This document shows, one piece after another, positions 18,595 through 27,088 of a stretch of DNA of 64,000 bases (position 1 is the first letter of the stretch; each line of letters opens with the position of its first letter). The stretch is from Acidimicrobiia bacterium (lineage in GTDB: Bacteria > Actinomycetota > Acidimicrobiia > Acidimicrobiales > JANYDT01): contig JAYSSR010000040.1 of assembly GCA_043720395.1 (NCBI GenBank), positions 45,639 to 109,638 of the forward strand. Direction: 5' to 3'. The notes under the pieces are model-generated. The model made no database searches. It was not told the origin of the DNA and worked only from the letters and a program-made list of their open reading frames with translations. The translations under genes and the position numbers were made by a program.

Positions 18595-18916
18595 CCGCAC
18601 AGAGTCACGCTGGGGCTTCAACGTGGCGCTGTGGCCGCAATCGTCGGGTGGCTTCGGTGAGCGCTTCGACCTGAGCCCTAGCGCATTTCTCGACGCGACG
18701 CGCGGATCTCCTCTTGCGCAGTTAGCTGAGCGCCGGTAACGTTCCCATCACCAAGGAGCCCGGTGGCGTCTGCTGGTCGATTCGTTCGGGGAAGTGCGAA
18801 TCGGCTGGTGCAGCCTCCGGGCTTCTGGACGTTCAGACCCGAGTCGAACCTGCGGCAGTAGCGTGCCGCCCGTGAGTGACAACGAATTCCCCTCCCGCCC
18901 ACCCGGTGAAATCCGG

Positions 18917-19708
18917 GTGCGACTCGCGCTGATCGGCGGAGGAAAGATGGGCGAGGCGCTTCTCGGCGGACTGCTCCGGCGTGGGTGGTGCAGCGTCGGC
19001 GAGGTCGTGGTGGTCGAACCCGACGAGAGCCGCCGGGTCGTCCTCGGCCAGCAGTTCGCCGGAATCGCCATCTGCCCCGACGCCACCGGTGTAAGCGCCG
19101 ACGGCGTACTGATCGCCGTCAAGCCACAGTATGTCGCCGAGGTGTGTGCGGCGTTGAAGGGCAATGCCGCACGCGTGCTGTCGATCGCCGCCGGCGTCAC
19201 GACGGCCAACATCGAGAAATGGCTCGACGACCCAGAAATCGCCGTCGTCCGTTCGATGCCGAACACGCCCGCGCTCGTTGGCTTCGGCGCGTCGGCCATC
19301 GCTGCGGGCGCGTCCGCCGGCCCAAACGATCTCGACTGGGCCGAGGAGGTCCTCTCATCGGTCGGCGTCGTCGAGCGTGTGACGGAGTCTCAGCTCGACG
19401 CGGTCACCGGCCTCTCGGGTTCGGGCCCCGCGTACCTCTTCCTCGTGGCGGAGGCGATGATCGAAGCCGGCGTCCTCTCGGGGCTCAGCCGAGCGACGGC
19501 AACGACGCTCGCGGTCCAGACCATCCGGGGCGCTGGCGAGATGCTTGCCGAGTCAGGCAAAGACGCGGCGACGCTGCGCGGCGACGTCACGTCGCCAGGC
19601 GGGACAACCGCTGCGGGCTTGCGGGCGCTGGAGAGCCGCGCGGTCCGGGCCGCCTTCAACGATGCCGTGGTCGCAGCGACCGAGCGCAGCCGCGAGCTCG
19701 GACGCTGA
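18917..19708 (+). CDS. proC: Pyrroline-5-carboxylate reductase
   Basis: LALIGGGKMGEALLGGLL Rossmann motif, RSMPNTPALVG and SPGGTTAAGL. The start is uncertain: GTG at 18917, 18872 or 18794. Confidence 0.85.
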   Translation: MRLALIGGGKMGEALLGGLLRRGWCSVGEVVVVEPDESRRVVLGQQFAGIAICPDATGVSADGVLIAVKPQYVAEVCAALKGNAARVLSIAAGVTTANIEKWLDDPEIAVVRSMPNTPALVGFGASAIAAGASAGPNDLDWAEEVLSSVGVVERVTESQLDAVTGLSGSGPAYLFLVAEAMIEAGVLSGLSRATATTLAVQTIRGAGEMLAESGKDAATLRGDVTSPGGTTAAGLRALESRAVRAAFNDAVVAATERSRELGR

Positions 19709-19714
19709 ACGACG

Positions 19715-20506
19715 GTGGACAACATCTCCTTTCTCAGCGACTACGGCCTCGCCGACGAGTTCGTGGGCGTCTGCAAGGGGGTCATCCGGCAGCTCGCTCC
19801 GCATGCGCACGTGCTCGACGTGACCCACGACATCGCTGTATTCGACATTCGTGGCGGGTCGCTCGCTCTCGTGCGGGCGATCCAGTACCTGCCGGACGGT
19901 GTCGTCATGGCCATCGTCGACCCGGGCGTCGGCACCTCACGCAAGGCAGTGGCGGTCGAGGCGGGCGACAGCGTCTTGGTCGGGCCCGACAACGGATTGC
20001 TTGCGCCTGCTGTTGCCATGCTCGGCGGTGCAAAGCGGGCGGTCGTGCTCACCAACGACGAGTACCACCTCTCAGCTGCCGGCCCGACCTTTGCGGGGCG
20101 CGACATCTTTGCCCCGGTCGCGGCCCGACTCTGTTGCGACGTTCCCCTTGAGGCGTTCGGCGACGAAATCGATCCCGTCACGCTGCTCCCCGGAATCCTC
20201 CCGCTGACCCGGGCGGAGGAGGACGGCCTACACAGTGAGGCGCTGTGGGTCGACCGGTTCGGCAACGTCCAGCTCAACGTCGACCCCTCCGAAATCGATC
20301 AGCTCGGTGACACGGTTGCCCTCTCGTGGGGCGGACGCACCCGCACGGCGCATCGCGCAGAGACCTACAGGCGGATCAAGTCGGGTGAGATCGGTCTCGT
20401 GGTCGACTCCTACGGGCTTGTGTCGGTGTGCCTCGACCAGCGCAACGCATCGGTCGAGTTGGGGCTCGGCAGCGGCTCCGCCGTCCGCATCCACCCCGCT
20501 GAGTAA
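19715..20506 (+). CDS. SAM hydrolase / SAM-dependent halogenase family protein (DUF62, SAM hydroxide adenosyltransferase-like)
   Basis: ISFLSDYGLADEFVGVCKGVI, VDPGVGTSRKAVAV, VGPDNGLL, FAGRDIFAPVAA. Confidence 0.8.
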   Translation: MDNISFLSDYGLADEFVGVCKGVIRQLAPHAHVLDVTHDIAVFDIRGGSLALVRAIQYLPDGVVMAIVDPGVGTSRKAVAVEAGDSVLVGPDNGLLAPAVAMLGGAKRAVVLTNDEYHLSAAGPTFAGRDIFAPVAARLCCDVPLEAFGDEIDPVTLLPGILPLTRAEEDGLHSEALWVDRFGNVQLNVDPSEIDQLGDTVALSWGGRTRTAHRAETYRRIKSGEIGLVVDSYGLVSVCLDQRNASVELGLGSGSAVRIHPAE

Positions 20507-20549
20507 CGCTCATTGATTCCGGCCGCGAGTGACTCGCCCGACAAGGCTT

Positions 20550-20633
20550 GGGGTTGGGGGTTGGGGGTTGCGCGCAGCCGTTGGGGGCTCAGGACATGCT
20601 GCGCGCAACCCCCAATGCTGCGCGCAACCCCCA
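20550..20633. repeat. G-run tract plus alternative-hairpin element (one left arm, tandemly duplicated right arm)
   Basis: G-runs at 20550-53, 20556-60, 20563-67 and 20583-87, with the first three in a TTGGGG-like tract. GGGGGTTGCGCGCAGC (20563-20578) is the reverse complement of GCTGCGCGCAACCCCC, which occurs twice inside a perfect 19-bp tandem repeat ATGCTGCGCGCAACCCCCA (20596-20614 and 20615-20633). Confidence 0.8.
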
Positions 20634-20706
20634 AGGATGCGTACGCCATGGAAACCGGCCGATCGACACGTCCCGAGCAGGCGCGAGAAGCGGCGAGAAT
20701 GGGCAG

Positions 20707-20850
20707 ATGCGTCCAGCCACGACGATCGTGCTCGCCCTCCTTCTCGTCGCCCTCTTCAGCGCGGCGATCTATCAGCTGTTCTTCCTGAAGACGTCGCCCG
20801 TGACCGGCGGGTCGACGACGGGAGTCGTTCGGACGCTGCTCGTTCACTGA
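20707..20850 (+). CDS. Possible small single-pass membrane protein (47 aa)
   Basis: MRPATTIVLALLLVALFSAAIYQLFFLKTSPV... is a hydrophobic helix inside a 375-nt gap that is otherwise unassigned. The ribosome-binding site is weak and no family was recognised. Confidence 0.25.
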   Translation: MRPATTIVLALLLVALFSAAIYQLFFLKTSPVTGGSTTGVVRTLLVH

Positions 20851-20881
20851 GCTGACAAGCCATGGACTGAACAGACCAGCC

Positions 20882-22438
20882 GTGGGACAGGCCATGGCGT
20901 ACCGTGCACAGGCCATGTCTGCAACCGCACCGCAACTTGTGAACCGCAATCTCGCTTCAATCATCGACACTCACCCCGACGCCGCACCCGCGGTCATCAG
21001 CGCCGGTGAGATCACGACCTACGGCGCACTCCGCCAACAGGTCGCGGCGGTCCGAGGTGGGCTGATCGAGTTGGGCGTGCGACCGGGTGACCGCGTCGCG
21101 ATCGTGATGGCGTCGAACTGGTATTTCGCGCTCACGTACCTTGCCGCGCTTGGCGCGGGTGGCGTGGTCGTTCCGATGAACCCGCAAAGCCCCACGGCCG
21201 AACTGCAGCGTGAACTGCGAGTCGTGCGTCCGAAGGTGGTTGTGGTCGGGCCCACGGCGCAGAACGCGTTCGCCGACATCGACCGGGCCGACGCTGGTAT
21301 CGAGTACGTACTCGTGCCCGAGGGCGTCGACCTTTCCGACACACGGCCGATCGAAGACCTTCTCGTCGCCGACGCCTCCCCGCTGGTCGAGCGCGAAGAC
21401 GATGATCTCGCCGTGCTGATGTTCACCAGCGGAACTGCTGGTTCCCCGAAAGCCGCAAAGCTCACCCACGGGAACCTGCTCGCCAATCTCGAACAGGTAG
21501 CGGCCAACACCGACACTGCGATGACGTCGGACGACGTTGTGCTCGGGGTCCTGCCGTTGTTCCACATCTACGGGCTCAACGGCGCGCTCGGCCAGGCGTT
21601 GTTCTCCGGCGCGTCGATCGTGCTGATTCAACGCTTCGACCCGTTGTCGTCGCTGCAGACAATTCGGGAACGCAACCTCACCATCGTCGTCGGCGTCCCG
21701 CCCATGTACGAGTCCTGGGCTTCACTGCCCACGGCCGAGGCCACGCGACGTGACTTCGAGAGCGTCCGACGCGCTGTTTCTGGCGCGTCCAAGCTTGACC
21801 CCACGGTTGCCGCACATTTCGAAGACCGCTTCGGCGTGGCAATCGGTGAGGGTTACGGACTTACCGAGGCGTCGCCGGTTGTCACCGCCGCGTCGCTGGA
21901 CGCGCGGCGCGGCACGATTGGCCTACCCGTCAGCGGTGTTGAACTGCGACTTGTCGACCACGACGGACACGATGCGCTCGTCGGCGACCCCGGCGAGATC
22001 TGGGTCAAGGGACCCAACGTGTTCCACGGCTACCTCGACGATCAGGAGGCGACGGCGCGGGCGCTCACGAGCGACGGGTGGCTACGCACCGGCGACATCG
22101 CCGTTGCCGACCACGATGGCTACCTCACGATCGTCGACCGCGAAAAAGACCTCATCATCGTGTCGGGTTTCAACGTGTTCCCGAACGAGGTCGAGGAAGT
22201 CCTTGCCGACCATCCCGGAGTAGCCGACGTTGCCGTGATCGGAGCGCCACACCCCCACACCGGCGAGACGGTCAAGGCATATGTGGTTGCCAGATCGGAC
22301 CGGATGCTCGAGGAGGACGACCTCATTGCCTTTTGCGGCAAGGAACTTGCCCGTTACAAGTGCCCAACGAAGATCACCTTCGTGCCCGAGATTCCCCGCG
22401 GCCTCAGCGGGAAGACGCTGCGCCGAGAACTGTCGTAG
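20882..22438 (+). CDS. AMP-dependent acyl-CoA synthetase (FadD-like)
   Basis: FTSGTAGSPKA, GYGLTEASP, TGDIAVADHDGYLTIVDREKDLIIVSGFNVFP, SGKTLRREL. Confidence 0.85.
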   Translation: MGQAMAYRAQAMSATAPQLVNRNLASIIDTHPDAAPAVISAGEITTYGALRQQVAAVRGGLIELGVRPGDRVAIVMASNWYFALTYLAALGAGGVVVPMNPQSPTAELQRELRVVRPKVVVVGPTAQNAFADIDRADAGIEYVLVPEGVDLSDTRPIEDLLVADASPLVEREDDDLAVLMFTSGTAGSPKAAKLTHGNLLANLEQVAANTDTAMTSDDVVLGVLPLFHIYGLNGALGQALFSGASIVLIQRFDPLSSLQTIRERNLTIVVGVPPMYESWASLPTAEATRRDFESVRRAVSGASKLDPTVAAHFEDRFGVAIGEGYGLTEASPVVTAASLDARRGTIGLPVSGVELRLVDHDGHDALVGDPGEIWVKGPNVFHGYLDDQEATARALTSDGWLRTGDIAVADHDGYLTIVDREKDLIIVSGFNVFPNEVEEVLADHPGVADVAVIGAPHPHTGETVKAYVVARSDRMLEEDDLIAFCGKELARYKCPTKITFVPEIPRGLSGKTLRRELS

Positions 22439-23117
22439 TGCTGCCACCGGCGGTCGACAGAACGAACCCCGCGAACAGGATTACGACGCCGACCATCAGC
22501 GTGACCGAGAAGGCCGCCATCGCGTTGAGCACACTATTGAACAAGCCACTCATCCCCAGCACGACGGTGCCGAGCGCGAGGAACACGAGTCCGGCCATTT
22601 GCTGACGGGCTGCGGGCGCTCGGTCGGCTCGGGCAATGCGAACGATGCCAAGAACGGTGCCGACGATCAGGACCGTCGCACCCACGCCGGACCCGACCGC
22701 CGCGAACACGCGTGGCCAAACGTGGAACACCTCATCGCCCTGCGGGAGACGGTCCGTCGGTACCGAATTGGTGAGCGGGTCCGCCATGACCACCCCGACA
22801 GCGAACGCAGTCAGCAAGCCGAGGACTCGGGCAATACGGTCAGCAGCACGCCGATCCACGAGCAGGTACAGCTGTCCGAGGGCCAACACCGGGACGTTGG
22901 CCACGGCACCGGCGGCGTAAAAGACGCGGAAGGCAAGTGGCGACCACCCGACCGCCGATCCCCAAGCCAGCGCCCCGGCCCCGACGACGAACACCGTCAA
23001 AGCGATCGTCCATATGAGGTGCTGCGGCGAACGTCGCAGCAGCCAACGCTCGTACGTGGAAAAGGCGAACGCCAATGCGACCAGGGCAGACGCAACGGCG
23101 AGCGCAGTGGTCATCAT
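22404..23117 (-). CDS. Integral membrane protein, function unknown
   Basis: About 7 hydrophobic segments. The start is placed at MMTTALAVAS. The 3' end overlaps the convergent acyl-CoA synthetase by about 35 nt. Confidence 0.5.
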   Translation of the reverse strand: MMTTALAVASALVALAFAFSTYERWLLRRSPQHLIWTIALTVFVVGAGALAWGSAVGWSPLAFRVFYAAGAVANVPVLALGQLYLLVDRRAADRIARVLGLLTAFAVGVVMADPLTNSVPTDRLPQGDEVFHVWPRVFAAVGSGVGATVLIVGTVLGIVRIARADRAPAARQQMAGLVFLALGTVVLGMSGLFNSVLNAMAAFSVTLMVGVVILFAGFVLSTAGGSTTTVLGAASSR

Positions 23118-23160
23118 CGCCGTCCAGTCTGGCGCGGCCTCGTCCCGACGAGTCGAAACC

Positions 23161-23178
23161 TTGTGAACGCGTGCACAA
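23161..23178. promoter_or_regulatory. Rex operator (ROP-like) upstream of rex
   Basis: TTGTGAACGCGTGCACAA compared with the published Rex operator TTGTGAA-N4-TTCACAA: 13 of 14 specified positions match. The site ends 18 nt before the rex GTG. Confidence 0.75.
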
Positions 23179-23196
23179 GCGGCGTAGGGTGGCCCC

Positions 23197-23868
23197 GTGT
23201 CCCGCTCCCCCCGGCGCATCCCGGACGCGACTGTCGCCCGCCTCCCGATCTACCACCGCGGCCTCCAAGCGCTGCTTCGTGCCCGACACCACACCGTGTC
23301 GTCCGAGGAGTTGGCCGACCTCGTCGGCGTCAACGCTGCGAAAGTCCGCAAGGACCTCAGCTACCTCGGTTCTTATGGAACTAGGGGCGTCGGGTACGAC
23401 GTGAAGAATCTTGTGGTCGAGATCGGTCGTGAACTCGGCCTGAGCGAGAACTGGGCGGTGGTCATCGTTGGGATCGGAAACCTCGGGCGCGCGCTCGCCT
23501 CCTACAGCGGCTTTTCCGACCGCGGGTTTCGGATCGTCGCGCTGCTCGATGCCGATCCTGCGAAAGCAGGCTCGATGGTCGGGCCGCTCCCAATTCGCGC
23601 CACGAGTGAACTCCGAGAAATTGTGGCCCGCGAAGACGTTGCGATCGGCATCATCGCCACACCGGGTTCAGCCGCCCAGGCGGTTGCCGACCAGATGGTC
23701 GGGGCGGGCATACGATCGATTCTCAACTTCTCACCGGGGACCCTGACCGTGGCCGACGATGTTGCGGTGCGCGGTGTGGACCTGGCTGTGGAGCTCCAGG
23801 TGCTCAGCTACTACCAGCATCACCGAGACGATTCCGAGCCCGGCGTGCACAACACGGCAAGGACGTGA
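23197..23868 (+). CDS. rex: Redox-sensing transcriptional repressor Rex
   Basis: IPDATVARLPIYHRGLQAL, KDLSYLGSYGTRGVGYDV, and the Rossmann motif IVGIGNLGRALA. The rex-hemACD gene order is the one known from Streptomyces. Confidence 0.9.
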   Translation: MSRSPRRIPDATVARLPIYHRGLQALLRARHHTVSSEELADLVGVNAAKVRKDLSYLGSYGTRGVGYDVKNLVVEIGRELGLSENWAVVIVGIGNLGRALASYSGFSDRGFRIVALLDADPAKAGSMVGPLPIRATSELREIVAREDVAIGIIATPGSAAQAVADQMVGAGIRSILNFSPGTLTVADDVAVRGVDLAVELQVLSYYQHHRDDSEPGVHNTART

Positions 23869-23971
23869 CGAGGGTCATGGTCCGAAATTGCGATCGCTGT
23901 TTGGCTAGGTCTCCCGCAGCGGCAAGAATAGGACCGATGTCCGCCTGCGCGCTGATCGCTCCGAGGACCTG

Positions 23972-25312
23972 ATGTCGGTCGTCGTCGTCGGGCTCAACCA
24001 CCGCAGTGCTCCTCTCGACGTCCTTGAGCGGATGACGGTGGCACCAACCGCACTGCAGAAGGCGCTCGATCACCTCCGGCGCGGGGATCACCTCGCCGAG
24101 GTCGTCGTCCTATCGACCTGCAATCGCACCGAGGTGTATGCGGTTTGCGAGACGTTCCATGGTGCCCTCAGCGAAATCCACGATTTCCTCTGCGGTGTGT
24201 CGGGGCTGCCTCGGGACCGTTTCGCCGAGCACCTCTTCACCAACTACGACGAGGCGGCCGTCAAACACCTCTTCGGCGTCGCGTCGGGTCTCGACAGCGC
24301 CGTCGTCGGCGAGACGGAAATACTGGGACAGGTCCGACGTGCCTGGGAGTCCGCACGCCTCGGCGAGTCCAGCGGTCCGAACTTGGGTGGATTGTTCCGC
24401 CATGCTTTGGAGGTCGGCAAGCGGGCGCGTACCGAGACCGCAATCGCCCGAGGCACAGCGAGCATTTCACACGCCGCAGTGCAGCTCGCCGCAGCACGAC
24501 TCGGCGGCAGTCTCGTCGGACGTTCGGTACTCGTCCTCGGCGCTGGTGAGATCGGCGTCAGCATGGTCACGGCGCTCCAGCACGCCGGTGTGAGCGATGT
24601 TGTTGTCGCGAACCGTACGCGCCAACGAGCGGTCGAACTAGCCAGTCGCCTCGGTGCCGTGGCGGTTCCGCTGCACGAACTGCCTTCCGCGCTTGAACGC
24701 GTCGACCTGCTTCTCACGGCGACGAGCTCGGACGTGACCGTGCTGGAGCGCGACGACGTTGCCCAGGTCATGTCCGCTCGCAATGGCATGCCGCTGCTCA
24801 TCGTTGATGCCGCGCTACCCCGCGATGTCGACCCGTCCGCAGCCGCAATTCCAGGAGTGACGCTTCTCGATCTCGACTCGATCCGCGCATTCGTGGAGGT
24901 GGGTATCGACGAGCGCCGACGAGAGATCGACCGCGTCCGAGAAATCGTCGATGAAGAGGCAGAGCGTTATGCAGCGAGCGCTGCCGCCCGCCAGATTGCG
25001 CCGGTCATCCGAGCGCTGCGCGACCACGCCGAGGCGATCCGACGAGCAGAGATTGAGCGCATCGGCTCGCGGCTCACCGAGCAGGAGCGTGAACTGCTGG
25101 ACCAGGCGAGTCGGCAGATGTTCGCCAAGCTGCTGCACGAGCCCACTATGGCCCTGCGCTCCGGTGCAGGCACGACGAAAGGCCAGCGGATGGTCGATGC
25201 CACCCGCTCCATGTTCGGCCTTGAGGGTCACGATTTCGGGTTCGATCTCCCGGGCTTGGATCACGTGGACGACGGGCCCGCTGCCGGGTCTCTCGGCCAC
25301 GGCCACCCGTGA
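23972..25312 (+). CDS. hemA: Glutamyl-tRNA reductase
   Basis: VGLNHRSAPLDVLE, LSTCNRTEVY, GETEILGQV, LGAGEIG. Confidence 0.9.
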   Translation: MSVVVVGLNHRSAPLDVLERMTVAPTALQKALDHLRRGDHLAEVVVLSTCNRTEVYAVCETFHGALSEIHDFLCGVSGLPRDRFAEHLFTNYDEAAVKHLFGVASGLDSAVVGETEILGQVRRAWESARLGESSGPNLGGLFRHALEVGKRARTETAIARGTASISHAAVQLAAARLGGSLVGRSVLVLGAGEIGVSMVTALQHAGVSDVVVANRTRQRAVELASRLGAVAVPLHELPSALERVDLLLTATSSDVTVLERDDVAQVMSARNGMPLLIVDAALPRDVDPSAAAIPGVTLLDLDSIRAFVEVGIDERRREIDRVREIVDEEAERYAASAAARQIAPVIRALRDHAEAIRRAEIERIGSRLTEQERELLDQASRQMFAKLLHEPTMALRSGAGTTKGQRMVDATRSMFGLEGHDFGFDLPGLDHVDDGPAAGSLGHGHP

Positions 25313-26292
25313 CCCACACATCCCCCCTTCGCGCTGCCACCCGATCGAGTCCGCTTGCTCGTTGGCAGACCGCAACCGTCACAGCGTTGCTCGGAGCGGC
25401 GCACACTGGGCTGAAGGTCGATCCGATCTTCGTCGATACCCTAGGCGATCGAACGCAGGCGATCGGAACGCCGCTGCACGAACTCGGCGGGCAGGGTGTG
25501 TTCGTGAAGGAGGTACAGGCAGCCGTGCTTCGCGGTGACGCGGACATTGCTGTCCACAGCGCGAAGGACCTGCCCTCGACACCGACGCCGGGACTCGTGA
25601 TCGCTGCGATTCCCCTCCGCGGCGATGTCCGGGACCTACTCGTCGGGGCCACACTCGAAACCCTTCGAATCGGGGCGCGCGTCGGCACCTCGTCGGTTCG
25701 TCGGATTGCGCAACTCCGGGCGCAGCGTCCAGATCTTGAGTTCGTGCAGATTCGAGGAAATGTCGGAACGCGGGTAGCCCGTGTCGGCGAGCTCACCGGG
25801 CGGGTGGGTGGGGAGCTCACCGGGCGGGTGGGTGGGGAGCTCGATGCGGTGATCGTTGCCGCAGCCGGTGCGGAGCGTCTCGGGCTGATCGCGGAGCTCG
25901 CCGAGCGTCACGTCCTGGAGTGGCTCCCGGTCGAGAGCATGCTGCCGATGGTCGCGCAAGGTGCGCTTGCGGTGGAGTGTCGCTCTGACGACGGGCGCAC
26001 GCGCTTGCTCGTGGAGGCGATTTCCGATCCTGTTGCCGCCGTGTGCGTACTCGCCGAACGAGCGTTTCTGGCGCGGCTCGGCGGGGGTTGCGACCTGCCG
26101 GTCGGGGCGTTGGCCGTCTTGAGCGGGCAAGGTGACACGATCGAGATCGACGCCCTTGTTGCTGAGCTCGCTAGCGGTCGGGTCGTTCGCACCCAGATGA
26201 CCGGGCCTAGCAACGACCCGGAGGGGCTCGGCCGCGCGATTGCCGAGACGCTCCTGTCCACCGGCGGACAGGATCTTCTCGATGCCCGCTGA
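25309..26292 (+). CDS. hemC: Hydroxymethylbilane synthase (porphobilinogen deaminase)
   Basis: RSSPLARWQT, HSAKDLPS, IRGNVGTR, GGCDLPVGA. Contains an in-frame tandem 24-bp duplication. Confidence 0.9.
   Translation: MTHTSPLRAATRSSPLARWQTATVTALLGAAHTGLKVDPIFVDTLGDRTQAIGTPLHELGGQGVFVKEVQAAVLRGDADIAVHSAKDLPSTPTPGLVIAAIPLRGDVRDLLVGATLETLRIGARVGTSSVRRIAQLRAQRPDLEFVQIRGNVGTRVARVGELTGRVGGELTGRVGGELDAVIVAAAGAERLGLIAELAERHVLEWLPVESMLPMVAQGALAVECRSDDGRTRLLVEAISDPVAAVCVLAERAFLARLGGGCDLPVGALAVLSGQGDTIEIDALVAELASGRVVRTQMTGPSNDPEGLGRAIAETLLSTGGQDLLDAR
25789..25842 (+). repeat. In-frame 24-bp tandem repeat inside hemC (2.25 copies)
   Basis: GAGCTCACCGGGCGGGTGGGTGGG at 25789-25812 and again at 25813-25836, followed by GAGCTC. 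It encodes ELTGRVGG-ELTGRVGG-EL. Confidence 0.9.
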
Positions 26293-27088
26293 CTCGATCC
26301 GTTTCGACGTGGCGTCGATCGATCCGCTCCCGCTCCAAGGCGCAACGGTGGCGGTGACCCGAGCCGCTGAGCAGGCCGGGCCATTGGTCGACCGGCTCGT
26401 TGCCCTTGGTGCCGACGTGGTCGAGATACCAATCATCGCCATCGTGGACCCGGCCGATGGCGGGGCGGCTCTGTCAACGGCGATCACCCATCTCGCCACC
26501 TATGACTGGGTTGTATTGACCTCACCGAACGCAGCGCGGCGTTTCGTTGAAGCCGTGGACGCCGCCGGCGTGCGGGCTTACGTTTCGAAGGTTGCGGCCG
26601 TCGGGCCCGGTACCGCGTCCGTCCTTGCTGCGGCGGGTCACAGCGTCGAGCTCGTGCCCCGTCGAGCCATCGGCGAAGGGCTTGTGGAAGCCTTCGCCAA
26701 CGGTCCGGGACGCGTGCTGCTCCCGCGTGCGGCCGTGGCGCGCGACGTCGTGCCGGATGGCCTTCGTGCCAAAGGCTGGGAGGTTGAAGTCCTGGAGGCG
26801 TACCGGACCGTGCCGGTCGCGCCTGACGACGCCGATCTCTCACGGCTCGGCGCAGCCGACCTTGTCTGCTTCACCTCGTCCTCGACGGTCGATGCCTTGG
26901 TGAAGGCCGCGGGCCTCGTACGTCTCCCCGGGATCGTCGTGAGCATGGGCGTCGCAACAACGGCCACCGCGATGTCGCACGGAGTCGCGGTCAACGCCAC
27001 TGCGGAGCCGAGCACGCTCGACGGCCTCCTCGACGCGATCATTCGCGCCTGGAGAACCGCTGGCACCAATTACCCTCTTCGGCCGTGA
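26282..27088 (+). CDS. hemD: Uroporphyrinogen-III synthase
   Basis: [56 protein letters not shown]. Overlaps the hemC stop by 11 nt. Confidence 0.8.
   Translation: MPADSIRFDVASIDPLPLQGATVAVTRAAEQAGPLVDRLVALGADVVEIPIIAIVDPADGGAALSTAITHLATYDWVVLTSPNAARRFVEAVDAAGVRAYVSKVAAVGPGTASVLAAAGHSVELVPRRAIGEGLVEAFANGPGRVLLPRAAVARDVVPDGLRAKGWEVEVLEAYRTVPVAPDDADLSRLGAADLVCFTSSSTVDALVKAAGLVRLPGIVVSMGVATTATAMSHGVAVNATAEPSTLDGLLDAIIRAWRTAGTNYPLRP

Noticed and set aside
16858-18621. 587-aa minus-strand ORF opposite mshA and the YbjN-like gene. Similar long antisense ORFs occur opposite acyl-CoA ligase 1 (1176..2390), lhr (6546..7733), nuoD (41837..43147), nuoG (45277..46395), nuoL (50247..51350), nuoN (54709..55803), and the FtsK-like gene and the SDR (56486..57544, 60854..61960).
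   Set aside because: They have the Arg/Gly/His/Pro-rich composition typical of the non-coding strand in high-GC genomes. Each lies opposite a gene with clear family motifs, and none contains a motif of its own.
18678-18902. 74-aa minus-strand ORF in the gap upstream of proC.
   Set aside because: Arg/Cys-rich with no motif, and no plausible start codon near the only protein-like C-terminal stretch.
18985-20151. 388-aa + ORF spanning proC and the SAM-hydrolase gene in another frame.
   Set aside because: It is extremely Arg-rich (RRRGRGGRTRREPPGRPRP...) and overlaps two well-supported genes out of frame.
20550-20633. TTGGGG telomere-like repeats, and the duplicated 19-mer considered as a possible CRISPR array or telomere.
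   Set aside because: There are only three G-rich units and two tandem 19-bp units, with no spacers, no cas genes and no replicon end. It is reported instead as a local structured element.
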